64,000 bases of DNA from Hormiphora californensis (lineage: Eukaryota; Animalia; Ctenophora): the NCBI GenBank assembly GCA_020137815.1, contig CM035353.1, positions 8,804,001 through 8,868,000 of the forward strand, written 5' to 3'. Of this stretch, positions 1 through 45,800 are shown in pieces. The notes under the pieces were generated by a model. The model did no database searches. It had not been told where the DNA came from and saw only the letters and a list, made by a program, of their open reading frames with translations. The position numbers were made by a program, and so were the translations under genes. How positions within the stretch are numbered: position 1 is the stretch's first letter; each line of letters opens with the position of its first letter.

Positions 1-490
1 CGGGTGAGGAAGTATCAAAATTTCAAAATAACTTTTTCTCTCAAAATTTATGGGGAGCACCGATCAAAGCATTGACAATCTTACTGTAAAATTTCGCAAA
101 AAAAGTTTTAGAATTTTTTAAAGGTATACCAGCCACGTCCGAATCCTGTTTCGAATCGGTGAATCTTATCGCAATCCTGCTGCTAATTAGACGGTTCGGA
201 ACGAATCGAAACGTGATCCCCATCGAATCGAAATTTTGACGCTTGGTGAACTTTTGATTCAATGGCCCCATGGGGATCACGTATCGGTTTGTTCCGAACC
301 GTCTAATTAGCAGCAGGACATGCGATAAGATTCACTGATTCGAAACACGTGGCTGGTGTTACTTTGAAACATTTTCAAAAAAATTTCAAAAAAATCTCAC
401 AAAAAATTCAAAAAAATTTTTGGGGGAAAAAATCCTGCCACTAAATCGGGGTGCCACTAAATCGGGGGCCACTAAATCGGGGTCCGACTG
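1..490. mobile_element. Right part of a Tc1/mariner-pogo-type MITE (family A)
   Basis: Ends ...aaatcggggtccgactg|TA. Confidence 0.85.
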
Positions 491-559
491 TATAACCCTT
501 ATATAATTGAGATTGAGATACCGACGCGACGAAGAGAATAACAGTTCATACTACTCCTG

Positions 560-1000
560 AACGGTACCCGCCCTCCCTGCCGACGGGTCGGCAGGGAGGT
601 CATTCGGCAGGGAGGGCGGGATATAGGGGTATAATGTCCTACGTGCCGACGAGATTGGGATGAGATCGCCGTCGGCACGTAGAACATTTGACGGTACCCG
701 CCCTCCCTGCCGACGGACCTCCCTGCCGACGGGTCGGCAGGGAGGTCATTCGGCAGGGAGGGCGGGATATAGGGGTATAATGTCCTACGTGCCGACGAGA
801 TTGGGATGAGATCGCCGTCGGCACGTAGGACATTTGACCCCTATATTCCGCCCTCCCTGCCGAAAACTCACTCCGAGAGAGTATTCGGCAGGGAGGACAT
901 TTACCCCTCCTATTCACCCTCTGTACCGACGATCGGCAGGGAGGATATTTCACCCCTCCTTTTACCCTCTGTACCGACGATCGGTAGGGAGGGCGTTTCA
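560..1000. repeat. GC-rich tandem/inverted repeat block (CCTCCCTGCCGA), with an inverted partner at ~2117-2170
   Basis: ~130-145-bp duplication plus 46-bp units; explains the repetitive ORFs 499-1169. Confidence 0.75.
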
Positions 1001-1795
1001 CTCCTTCTGTGAGCTCGAGAATTTGGCCGGCAGGCCAAATACGAAGAGTTCACTGTGTATTGTTCCTCTGAGTATCGTTAGGGTCCTAACCATCGTTTAT
1101 CCTACCAACGGATTTTTCGATAGAACCTCCCGATGTCCTACCAGGGTTGGTTATGATCAAAATTGGTAGGATATCGTACCAAATTTTCGTAATTGACCCA
1201 ATTCCCGATGTTAGTGCTAATTGAGGTAAAAATTATTTTTGATGATATTTGGTGTGCTGATAGAGCAAACGAATATCTTCATTTCTATGAAAAAAATTTT
1301 TTGTTTGCAACTTGGCAAGTTACCTTAACCTTTATCAACCATTAGATGGGTTTTTGAAGGTTTTTGCCAATTAAATCAATTAGCATAGTGAGAGAAAAAA
1401 ATCATATTGGCCTAACCTGACTATTTTTTTGTGCTCTTTCTGATGGTGCTTGAATTTAAAGATTTTTTGGAAATAATTTGCTCTCAACTTTCGTTTTTCA
1501 GGTAAGGTATAGCTAAGTGTACCAGCTTTACTCAATTTACAATTGATAGATCTGGTCATAATTAATTTCGATTTCTCGAACATTTAATGATTTCAGGTGA
1601 CTCAGTTTATCGATTGGAACAGTTTGTAAACTTTTTTTTTCGAAAAACGGTTTTTTAACTTAAGTTTTTACTTAACTTAATTTTGCTTCAAATATGTTAA
1701 GCTAAACACTAACAATAGCACTCTCTTTGAGAAATAGAACCAACCGATATCCTTGTAGGGTCAATTTTATCCTTCCACCAGTGCTCCTAACCTAA

Positions 1796-1886
1796 TTACG
1801 ATATCCTACCAGTGGTTATAACCTGATTACGATATCCTACCAGTGGTTATAACCTGATTACGATATCCTACCAGTGGTTATAACCT
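1796..1886. repeat. Tandem repeat, 3 x 31 bp
   Basis: ttacgatatcctaccagtggttataacctga. Confidence 0.9.
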
Positions 1887-2022
1887 CTTGGTAGGAAATC
1901 GGTGACACTGGAAGGAACATGTCATAGAGGCAGGAAATCATCCCTAGCGGTAAAATAAGTGATATAATACGATATCCTACCAGCGTCACTGATATCCTTG
2001 GTAGGAAACCTGTTGGTTCTAA

Positions 2023-2118
2023 TTAGGGTTAGGGTTAGGGTTAGGGTTAAGGTTAGGGTTAGGGTTAGGGCGGTGGTTAGGATTAGGGTTAGGGTGGTGG
2101 TTAGGGTGATGGTTAGGG
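2023..2118 (+). repeat. Interstitial (TTAGGG)n telomeric-like repeat
   Basis: About 15 units, degenerate at the 3' side. Confidence 0.9.
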
Positions 2119-2240
2119 CGATCGTCGGTAGTGAGGGTGAAAAGGAGGGGTAAATGTCCTCCCTGCCGAGATCAAGTCGCGACGCCAGAACGAAAGAGTT
2201 TCAGTTTCTCTAGATTCGCGATCTTTTAGCACTTGCGTAC

Positions 2241-33940
<31,700 letters not shown>

Positions 33941-35060
33941 GATGGGTTTTGTTGAAAATGGGAATCAGAGATAGCTTTTCATAATTTCATCGACGGGGGC
34001 TCTACTTGAAAATGTAGAATAGCATTATCATGTAAAGTATGCTTGAGGAAAAACACGGTAAATAGGGTTTCTATTAAATCGGAGCCGGTAAATGCGGGCC
34101 CCACTGTTATACTATACAATGCAGAAAAACTTCTATAAAATGAACTAATATTACAAAAAACTCAAGGCCATATTCTACCTTTCATAATAAACTGTTAATA
34201 CACACACATTATAATAATTATATCCCCATTATATAATATATAAATCACTGAGCTCGCAATATATAATACATATGTTAGATCACCAGGTCATGTCGTGTAC
34301 CACACGATTTTGTCTACGCATTTAGAAGACCATATAAAATTCATCACAGTGCGAATCACCTTATCAATATAGACCCGAAAAGTCAGTTCTTCGCGACAAG
34401 AATATTTGTATTCGAGTGCTTCCTCAGAGTATCAGAAGAGACAGGTGAACTAATTAGCATGTTTGTAATAGTCATACTACTCGATCTCATCATAATATGA
34501 TGGGATCGAGTAGTATAATTGTGAAATAGGTTGCAAAGACGTATTTGAGACGAAAGATGAGCATCGAGCAATGTACTCAGTTCTGTAAGGAACGCTCCAC
34601 GGAACACATGTGTGGAATCGGCTTGACATTACAGGCGTTCCGCATTGAATGTACAATGTACATTGTACACACCACCCCCCCCCCCCCCCACACCACAATT
34701 TGTCCTGCTATTTTCATCACTTTACTTAGTGACAAAGTATGTGTCATTTTCTGACTTGTTATGCTTTTTTGCAAGGCAATATGTAAAAAGGCAATAGGCA
34801 TCCTGGTTTTAAGGGTCTTCTAAATACAAAAGCTCGAGTAGCACACGAATTTGTATGGTAATCTAACTGCTCGTACTAATAATAATGTTTTTTATAATTG
34901 TATACTACAACTGTTTACTGTGAACATGGGACTTGTCAACCAAATTATTATTGACAGAGAATAAGGATCGGTTGATTGTTTATTAGCCGCATATCAGTGA
35001 GGAAGTTTTGTTTTCTCCTTCCGGCTGGACAAATGAGTAGACGTAGATTTTATTGTAGAA

Positions 35061-35103
35061 TAACGCTATCAATTTCGGCGCACAGCACCATCTTCAGGCT
35101 ATA
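35061..35103 (-). ncRNA. Putative minimal hammerhead ribozyme (mirror copy)
   Basis: Reverse complement of 35891-35933. Confidence 0.55.
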
Positions 35104-35890
35104 ATATACGGAATATACATGTTAGAAAAACTGTACACATACCAATCGTAAAATAAAAATTACTGGAAAATTCTAAAGCTAAGCTAATTTAGTGAAATAG
35201 TAAAAAGTTGAAAAACCACACGCGGGACTGGAAAAATTATAAAACAAAAAGTAAAGACTAGGAAATAAACGGGGTTTAAATAGTAAAGAAGTAAGATCAG
35301 ATAGTGAAATAAGATAGGAATCACGCGACTGCTCAAAAAGATATCTAGCTAAAAATACTCAATGACCAATATGGCCGTTAGAAAATACTAAAAACGGATA
35401 ATATTAAGAAATAAGGAACCTAGATAGATCAGTCAACTCTTCTTTTAAATTAATAGTAGGCTTCTCTCTGTTAATATAATATGCTTCTATAGAATATGCT
35501 ATTATAGAAGCATATTATATTAACAGAGAGAAGCCTACTATTAATTTAAAAGAAGAGTTGACTGATCTATCTAGGTTCCTTATTTCTTAATATTATCCGT
35601 TTTTAGTATTTTCTAACGGCCATATTGGTCATTGAGTATTTTTAGCTAGATATCTTTTTGAGCAGTCGCGTGATTCCTATCTTATTTCACTATCTGATCT
35701 TACTTCTTTACTATTTAAACCCCGTTTATTTCCTAGTCTTTACTTTTTGTTTTATAATTTTTCCAGTCCCGCGTGTGGTTTTTCAACTTTTTACTATTTC
35801 ACTAAATTAGCTTAGCTTTAGAATTTTCCAGTAATTTTTATTTTACGATTGGTATGTGTACAGTTTTTCTAACATGTATATTCCGTATAT

Positions 35891-35933
35891 TATAGCCTGA
35901 AGATGGTGCTGTGCGCCGAAATTGATAGCGTTA
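35891..35933 (+). ncRNA. Putative minimal type I hammerhead ribozyme
   Basis: tatagc-CTGAAGA-t-GGTGC-tgt-GCGCC-GAAA-ttg-ATA-gcgtta; conserved core with stem II; stems I and III weak. Confidence 0.55.
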
Positions 35934-36096
35934 TTCTACAATAAAATCTACGTCTACTCATTTGTCCAGCCGGAAGGAGAAAACAAAACTTCCTCACAAA
36001 TTATTATTATTATATGTGTATTTACAGCACTCGACGCATACAGTTCACTGTCATCCTCAATAAAATGTTTTACGTTGTAGTTGATGAAAATGGATA

Positions 36097-36200
36097 TTAC
36101 ACATCCATATTACGACGCATATTAAGTACTGATCGACGGCCGTGGAGAAGTTCACTTGGCCTAGCGAGGTGGAAAAACTCAGCCAGGTTACGAAACCAAC
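36097..36200 (-). CDS. Patsas: Patsas-like last coding exon
   Basis: [34 protein letters not shown]. Confidence 0.85.
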
Positions 36201-39200
36201 CTGAGAAGAATTTTATTGGGTTTACAACTAGGCGTATTCAAATATTATGAAGTATTCACCCGGAATCATTTTGCAAAAAGGTATTACATATTACAGTGGT
36301 CATCTGACATAATTGCCATACCTCGACGTGAAATTCGACCTGAATCTCGACCTGGAATGAGGCGCGCATTCGTAGTGAGAGAGACACAAAGACTAACGAG
36401 AGAGAAGAGTTGAAGCGCGACATCATTTGATTACTGCGGCACATCTCTCTGATGCGCGCCTCATTCCAGGTCGAGATTCAGGTCGAATTTCACGTCGGAA
36501 TATGTCGGATGACCACTGTTATAGGGGTTTAATGTAACCGATATCTGAGCCAGTCCAGTTGTGACTTATAATCCAGCTCACTGAGTTGTGTAGTTTGGGT
36601 TTGCCTATTTGATATTTAAGGCCAGAGGGGGGGGGGTCGGGGGGTCTAAAAAGTCACTTTCGGGGTTTGGTCCGGCTCGAAGAGCCGGGCCAAATGAAAT
36701 AGTTGGAATCGTTTTAGCGTGCACCGTTAAGGAGAAAATTGAGGTTAACTTTTCGCCCAAAATGAATGTAAACCTCAAAAAAGCATGTATTTATGTCACT
36801 TACACAGATGAAAATGGTACCAATCGATAGATCTTATCAAGGAGACCAAGTATTCAAAGTTTCAGAGGTCTAAAACATATAGTTGTTCAGATATTTGAGG
36901 TTAACATATCTCCCAAAAAACAACCTTTTGTTGAATATTTCAGAACATTTTTTTCACTTTCTGCACCACTTCCTGAAGAGACGGCTAGGACCTGGGCCTT
37001 GAAACTTCGCAGTTATGATCCTGAGATGGTGAACTAAAAATCTGGTGTAGCGATTTTTGATTTAGGCCCTAGTTCCTGAAATATTGAGGTTAACGTTTCA
37101 AAAATCAAGCTTTTTAAAATGTTAACCTCAATATTTCAGGAACTAGGGCCTAAATCAAAAATCGCTGCACCAGATTTTTAGTTCACCATCTCAGGATCAT
37201 AACTGCCAAGTTTCAATGCCCAGGTCCTAGTCGTCTCTTCAGGAAGTGGTGCAGAAAGTGAAATTGTGGACCTAAAGTTATCCAACAAAAGGTTGTTTTT
37301 TGGGAGATATGTTAACCTCAAATATCTGAATAACTATATGGCTTAGACCTCTGAAACTTTGAATACTTGGTCTCCTTGATAAGATCTATCGATTGGTACC
37401 ATTTTCATCTGTGTAGGTGACATAAATATAAGCTTTTTTGAGGTTTACATTAATTTTGGGCGAAAAGTTAACCTCAAAAAACAGGGCCTTCTGATACACT
37501 TGGTGCGCAGCTACCCTATCCAAAACTTTCCTACCTCCGAGTTACATCACATATGTAAACCTCAGAAAAGTGCATTTTTTGACCCTCGGACCCCCCCCTC
37601 TGGCCTTAAGTTCTACGATTTAATGCATTTTGTGTGTAATAATAAGTAGTAAATTTGTGTACCTCTGTTGAAAGGATTTATAAAGGTACCATTTGGTGCC
37701 TTAAAATGATCGTATTTCTTCCAATTCACACTCTCGTTAACAGTTAGATTACGACTAGCAGCTGAAAAATTTCAAACATGGTTTGTATGAAGAGTAAATA
37801 CTGTAAAATGTCTCAACTATCTATATCTTACCGGTGTATGTTTGTACTGAAAGAAGGGAGACAGCGAATGTAGAGAGGAGAAGATCAAATAATCCACCCC
37901 ACATGATTGGTCCTGTAACAAGGTCCCACCGTTGGTAAGCCATCCAACACCCTGTTACGCATACTGCCATACCTGCCATGAAGGGTGGGGTTTATTACCA
38001 TGGTAGAATGAGAACGAAGTATAGTTCAGGCCAAGCAGGCCTAATATTAGCAATATTGAGGGACGTGATCCAATCTGATTTTTCGTCAGTGGATCAAATT
38101 TACAAGCCAACATTGCCTTCGGTTTGTTCAGCAAGAGTGGTAAGCTCTGCAGCATTGCTTTCGGTTTTTCAGCGATAGTGGTAAGCTCTGCTTTGCCAAC
38201 TGGGATCAGATTGGTAGCCATGGTAGACTGATTTGAACTGAAATTTGACCGGCTTATATAATATGCTCTGAAATATTCAACAAAAGGTTCTTTTTTGGAG
38301 ACCTCAAATATCTGAACAATTATATGGATTATGGCTTAAAGCTCTGAAACTTTGAACACTTGGTCTCCTTGATAAGATCTATCAATTGGTACCATTTTCA
38401 TCTGTGTAGGTGACATAAATACAAGCTTTTTGGGGGGGGGGGGGCCTGCCGCAAGAATCTCATGCCTCATTGGCGATTTTCAGGGTAGCTGGGATTTTTG
38501 AGATTTTCGATTTTTGGCTAAAAAACGTGGGATTTTTGAGATTTTTGAGGCAAATTTGCGTTTTTTCGGGGAAAACCCGCAAATTTTTCTCAAAAATCTC
38601 ATAGAAAGGAAAAATTTCCATTCGAAAATTTGGAATAGAAACAATCCTTGTGTTTTTCTACCAAAAATCAAAATTCTAAATAGAAATTTTCCTTGTGTTC
38701 TAGTACAAAAGTTGATGTGAAGCTAAAACATGAAATCTACCTATTTAAATTACTATACTGCTATTATGATTCAGTTTTAAGCTAAAAAATATGTCGAAAA
38801 ACTGAGTATTGGCAGCCAAAATTGTGCCAATTTACCACAAAAATCTCAAAAATCTCAAACGTAATTGAGCAAATTTTCCCAAAAATCTCAAAAATCTCAT
38901 CGGCCGAAAAGAGGGTAGCTGAGATTTTTGCGGCAGGCCCCCCCCCCCCTTTTTTGAGGTTTACATTCATTTTAGGCGAAAAGTTAACCTCAATTTTATC
39001 CTTAACGGTGCACGCTAAAACGATTCCAACTATTTCATCTGGTCATCGAGCCGGACCAAACCCCGAAAGTGACTTTTTACATGTTGTTCAACCCTAGAGG
39101 TCGCCGGTATTCTCTATTCTATCTACTAATCCCTATTTAATCCTGAACAGATCTCATCACATTGATATATTATCTAATTAATAGTTCATGTGTTGATTGG

Positions 39201-39546
39201 ACAAGTTAGACTCGCTGGATATTATTGGAAGAAACCAAAGTGTCTAACCTGTCCAATCAACACATGAACTATTATCGATCATGAGACTCAAGAATAGTCA
39301 AGCAATACATTATTTGTATCATCTAGTTGGTTATTAGACAATTTTAACCGGTTATCTAAGTTTTCACAGTACACCGTTTCCGGTGGTTAAAGTGTACTGT
39401 GAAATTTTAGACCACTGCAAAAACACTAGTAATTATAAAGTAAAATACCGCTGCAGTGGTATGTGAAAAATTAAACACTTTCTAGTCACACGCACACAGT
39501 GTGAACATTACAAACATTACAAACTGAGTGAACGGGATAAAGATTA

Positions 39547-39625
<79 letters not shown>

Positions 39626-39835
39626 AAGAGAGAGAGAAAGAGAAAGAGAATGTGTGTGTGTGTGTGTGAGAGAGAGAGATAGGAAAAGAGAGAATCGAAG
39701 GCAGAGAGGGAAAGCAGATGCAGGACGCTCATTGGTGTGGTGCCATCACGTGACGATCACGTGACCTATAGTTGCAGAGGGGAAGAAAAGATAAGGGTTA
39801 GGGCGTGTGCACTGTGCAGTAGTGACTACTGCACA

Positions 39836-39882
<47 letters not shown>

Positions 39883-42800
39883 TTCTCTTTCTCTCTCTCT
39901 CTCTCTCTCACATTCTCTTTCTCTCTCTCTCTCACTCAATCTTTATCTCTTTCACTCAGTTTGTTTCCAAAATCATCTAATAAAATTAGATGACTGCTTT
40001 TACATGCTCTATTACACAACAATAATGTTAAAGATTCTTTCACTTTTAGGCCTCGCAGGCTCGGCCCAAAAGTACAACTACAGAGCTCGCAGGCTCGCTC
40101 AGTAGTTACACTTAGCGTGCCTCGCAGGCTCGGCAGCTAAGTAAAAGGATCTACCTCGACCTGTCGGTCTCGGTTCATTATTGTTGTATTTAGAGCACTC
40201 GGCCTTCGGCCTCGTGCACTAAAAAGTAATAGACCATTTTAACAGTATTACGCCTACGGTGGGTCAAATTTATCCTAGTGACCACAAATTGTTGGGCCAC
40301 AACTTCAATTTTAATCAATTTCGCTCGGCTTTACACCTATTTAACTTTTTCGAAATTACGGATCTGGAGAATTTTTTTAAATTAGAATCGGTTGCATAAT
40401 GAACTAATTATAAACAATTAGTCGAAGTTTTAGATAAAATCTTTCCTGACCTAGGGTGGGTTATTTTTACCTAGATTTTAACACCTCATTACTCGGCCCC
40501 CTTATCAGCAATTTCAGAGTAAATGTACACTATAAACCCCTTTCTCTCTCCCTGACTCTCCCCCTCCGTGGACACGTGACATGAAATCGGAGCAATGGGG
40601 GGACAGGGCAGATCTAATTAATGCTTTCAAACGAACCTATAAGTTTCTTAATTGGGCATGATTTGGAACAAAAATTACTGGAATTGGCCTGTGATGTGAT
40701 ATAGATTACCCGCATATAAATTATTTTGTCTAAAACACACCGGATAAATTTGACCCACCCTAGGCGATGTTATAACTGACGTGGGCGTGATACTGTTAAC
40801 CAGTCATCTAATCATATATTATATTCCACTACAGACCTACCTGTAGCGATGAAGATAGCAAAGTATATTCTGTTCCTATAACCCACACACGTGTAAATGT
40901 ATGGACAGTGATGATCGAATAGAAGAACACATCTCTTGCACACTCGGCAATGTTTTGCTCTCGGTGGACGAACTGAAAGGATACAATTACAGTCGGAATT
41001 TGGAGCATGGTTTCCTTGCCCATTCAGCCCGCCCTATGGGGTCCATGACCCAAATCCAGTCCTGCCACACACAATGGCAGCATAAAATCACGTGCAACGT
41101 GCTTTTCCTGCTTGCTAGGCTCCTGAAACTACCGGTAACGCGCATAACGGTCCGCCTTTATTATTTTCCGTGGACTATAGTATCTTACAAGGAAGAGATC
41201 TCATAAATTGACGTAATTGATAATTCTATCCACATTAGTTGCTCCTGTTCATATTAGTTTACCTGTGAGACACGTGTGACAGAGCTCTGTAAATGGATTG
41301 CTTATCCTGTTATCAGGACTGAGCGGTCCAGTATGATGGAGTTTAAAGTTGGTTATTTTACCCATTATTTCCTCGTACTCTGGGTCGTGGGTGGGTACAT
41401 AGCCGGGATGGACGGTCCGACACATAAAATATGTACCCCTGATAGAAAAAAAAGTATATTTATGTAGTGTAAACCGGGGCAAAATGGTTAACTTTTTACT
41501 TAATCGGTTCTCACCCCCGTTTAAAAAAGATAAAATGAAAAAAAAATATAGTATTAAAGTTCATTAGCCAGCGTCCTCCCAGAAGAAGAAGAAGACCCCC
41601 ATGGTGATTTCACGTAGCTCAGAATTTGATCAGGCATAGCCGACTCAGGATTTTACAAAATGAACAACTTTAAAAACAGACGTTTCGCCTTCACCCGGGC
41701 GGGGGGAAATTTGACTTGTTTCATAATTATAATGATGCCCTTACCAGAGAAGAAATTGTAGAAAAAGCATCCATACGTGACACATGCCGAGCTCAGACGT
41801 TAGTGGCATAACGTGAAGAAGATATGTTGGGTATGCAAAAAGGGCTAGGTTACAAAAGAGGAGTATAAAAGCCACGTGTGCATTCTTTGTCGGGCCAGGT
41901 TTTAGACCCGTTCGAAGCATGAATGGTTGCTTGTGCTTTGGCTGGTACTCCTGAAGGAAAGTAGTTGAATCAGTCGCTTTTTAGTATGATACATTCGGAA
42001 TATTCTATCCTTCACGAACTTGCTCTGTTAGGCGCACGTCAACTGTTCAGAATACGCAAGAAGATCACAATGTGTGATTGATTCTCGGTATGATTTTTAG
42101 TACGTTAGGCCTTGAGTCCTCCCACCACCACCCCCCCCCCCCCGCATACTGTTCTTGATGAACATCATCAGTTAAAAAAGTGATCAGTGCTCATATATCA
42201 TGGTTTTGTTCAAATTATCAACTGCCTAAACTGCAGTGTTTGCACCATTATGTTGGATGGTCGTCAACATTTATCAGCCAGCTCTGGGGCCGGGTGAAAA
42301 GTTGGATAATGATGATCAACAACTAGTGTGTGCACGTTCTGCTGTGATGGAGGACATGTGATAGGTACCACGTGATATGAATTCGCACACTCTGAGATGG
42401 TGTTGTACAGGTCACGTGACCTGTGCGACGGCCTCTCAGAGCGTGCAACTCGCAAGGGGAGAGATTACAATGATGGTATTCAACAAGTGTGCTCACCTTT
42501 TGTTGAAATGATGGATGGTTGTGCATTTCAAAACGAAAGTTTCGGGCATTACCCCTTACCAGCGCTGAATCAGAAATTCAAAAACGGTTGAAAGTGATCG
42601 GATCTCCATTCTACGTCAGCTTAATTGTGTAACAAAGACGTCTGTACAATTAAAACATGCATAAAGTTTTCTATATCCAGTAAAACGCAAATTTGTGGTT
42701 CATCATGATGGTCAGCACACTGAGCTGATTATGTTCATCACGAACAGTATGCGCAAGGCCTTAATATATAATGCATAAATCTCTCCATGTTAGCTCACCT

Positions 42801-45800
42801 GAAACCAGCGTATAACATCGTGATACTTGCGTCCCTCGGCAAGATTCATCGGTGTACTACCCACCATGTCTTTTGCACTCCAGCTGCAACCCATCTCCAA
42901 ACACTTGTCAATGAGAGTCAGATTGTGACCGAGCACCGCCAGATGGAGACAGTTTTGTTGGTAACTAGAGTTATTATATATGGAGGCACTGTTAGGAATG
43001 CATTGCCCAACCATTAACAATTATTGATAACTATGATAACGCAACTTACGGCCCTTAAAAATACCACATGCTAACATGTGATAGGCGCACAAAAAACGAA
43101 CTCACGAGAAAGGGGGATGAAAACTTCAAAAATCCGACAACGAAAATTTATGATTTAATATAGTTAAAATAAAAATAAATCAAGGATGAGATTAGCAGGA
43201 TCAATATCATGGTAGTTGGGTGGCAACCGCCGAAACGCTGTGTTAAAACCATGCGTCCTCCCTGTGTCGAACAGCTGGGTAGCAGAGCTTTCCCAACTAG
43301 GGTGCCACCCAACTACCATGTCAGGTAAAATAATTTATATAATAAGAAACATACCCATCCAGTTGAGTCGGGTCGAGGCCTTTTCTAAGAAGTAGGGTAA
43401 AACAATCAAAATCCCCTTTGTAGGCTGACCAATGAAGAGTATTGTCCCCTTGCTTGTCACATGTCTGGTTGGTTTAGTTAATTACCCAGTCGCTTGTAGT
43501 GGGAAAACGGTAATGGAAAACGGAGATACAGTAAGAAGACGCACAACCGTGGCCAATCAGTGTGCTAGTACGTGCTGACACATGAAATTTTTGCCGTGTG
43601 TTATGCAAAGTCTGCGTCTCCTTACTGTAATTCCATTACGGTAATGCCACTACAAGCGGCAGCGTTAGTTGTATTAAATGTTAAAATGTTAATAGTTGTC
43701 TTCAGTTAGTTAGTAATATTGTATTTACATGTGGGTTTGCACCCCGGTGTAGCAGCCAGGCGGTTGTTAAAGGTTGAGAAAACTGAGCAGATACGATAAG
43801 AGGAGTCACTCCTGTGTTATCCGGTGTTTCAACATCGATACCTAAAAATAATAATATCTTTGCCTTATAAAGGGATTTCTGGTAAAGCGCTCGACAGGAT
43901 CAAGATTCTGGAGCTGATTACAAAGTATAACAAGATTTAATAAGCGTTTACTCAAGTTTCATGCTTTCACAATCATGATGATTGTAATCAGTGTCATCCT
44001 CTCTCTAGCCATGTTATTAATTCATTACCTAGTACAGTCGGACCCCGATTTAACGGCACCCTCGGGGGAAAGGGTTTTGTCCGTTAAATCGGGGTGTCCG
44101 TTAAATCGGGGTAGAGCCTATTTGGCCCATAAAACCCTATTTTTGTCCAAAATGCTATACTAAAACACTTTTAAATGTTAAATTGAAATAAAGTATCCAT
44201 GTATTGATTATATAATCATTTCTGATTAGGAAAGGAAAATAATTTAAAAAAATTTATGAAAAATTTTCTAAGGTACACTACTACCAACCACGACCGAATC
44301 GTTTTTCGAATCAGTGCATCTTATCGCATGTCCTGTCGCTAATTAGACGGTTCGAAACGAACCGATACGTGATACCATGCCGAATCAGGGCACTTTCAGC
44401 GGAGTGAGGAAGAATTCGAATTTCAAAATATCTTTTTCTCTGAAAATTCATGGGGAGCACCGATCAAAGCATTGACAATCATTCTGTAAAATTTTGCAAA
44501 AAAAGTTGTGAAAATTTTTCAAAGGTTTATCAACCACGTTTGAATCGTGTTTCGAATCAGTGCATCTTATCGCATGCCATGTCGCTAATTAGACGGTTCG
44601 AAACGAAGCGACACGTGATCCCCATTGAATCGCAATTTTGACGCTTGGATAACTTGCAATTCGATGGGCCCAATGGAGATCACATATCTGTTCGCTTCGA
44701 ACTGTCTAATTACCGGCAAGACATGTAATAAGATGCATCGATTCGAAACACGATTCGGACGTGGTTGATACACCTTTGAAAAATTTTCAAAAAAATTTTC
44801 AAAAAAAAATTCAAAAAATTTTGGGGGAAATTTATCCTGCCGTTAAATCGGGGTGCCGCTAAATCGGGGGCCGTTAAATCGGGGTCCGACTGTATCCTTT
44901 TTTCGAGCAGGTGTGAGTATAATGTGTTTTAATTTATATACCCTGCTAACTTAAATAATGCGCCAGTGGCGAGAAGTCCCACTAGCGCGCTCTCGATAAC
45001 CAGCCAGTCCAGCGGCAGATTATTTCCCACTGGCAGGTTATTTATTTTTAACTCCTATGTTACATTCAAAGTGTGTGTAAATGATCAGTTCTTACTGAAA
45101 TACAGAGGGAACACTGTTTGGAAGAGTTACACACTAGATTGGAGAGAAAGAAACAACACATTCCGTCAATTACTCTCTCTTTATCTTCCCTTTTGTTTCA
45201 CTATCTCAATTCCTCTGTGTTATGTCTGGCATGCCCCATATCTTGTTATTTCTTTCTCTCTCTCCTTAGTAACTGTTACCAAACAATGTACACTCAATTG
45301 AGAGATGTTTTTGACTGTTTCTCAGTTCTCTTTGTGTGTTTTGATTAGTGTTCTCTCTCTTGTTAGTATGTAATACTTGTAACAAACAACTAAAGCAGGG
45401 TATATAACCTATAAACTCTTGCCATAGACGCGTTATAGGTTTAAAGTGAGAGTGGACCGGATCAGAATTGGACAAGTTTGTTGTAGGTAGTAGAGATTAG
45501 CTTTCTGAGCATTTTGCGTTTTTGCCGCTCAAAATCGCCCCACCCATCACTGAGATATTTTTGTTATGTTGGGAGAACTCCTATTTAATCAGTATGTATA
45601 AAACATAATAGAAACAATCGTGGTGTTTTACTAACACATTCTGAATATAAGTAGTGAGGTTGACATGTCCATGCACAGAAGCAGGGCAATGCAAGCCAGC
45701 ATATTACAAATTTATAAAATGTGTTAGTAAAACACAAGGTTTGTTTCTATCCTGTTTGTTAAATATTGATCCAGCAGGAATTCTCCCAACAAACATATCT

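Larger units (their letters stand above)
34997..35997. mobile_element. Inverted pair of Penelope-like element 3' ends / pseudo-LTRs (~495-bp arms, 11-nt spacer)
   Basis: Arms 34997-35491 and 35503-35997 are reverse complements. Each encodes IEAYYINREKPTINLKEELTDLSRFLIS* (GIY-YIG C-terminal EAxxIxxxxPxxN motif) and carries a CTGAAGA...GAAA core. Confidence 0.8.

Noticed and set aside
2023-2118. True chromosome end
   Set aside because: Short, degenerate and flanked by ordinary sequence on both sides within a gene
34273-34867. Short ORFs suggesting a gene between Patsas and UBR5
   Set aside because: Bounded by degenerate inverted repeats with a central hairpin; more likely an old MITE
42264-42591. 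Coding-looking ORFs in a Patsas intron
   Set aside because: The flanking exons join in phase without them, and no recognisable product or consistent splice pattern was found
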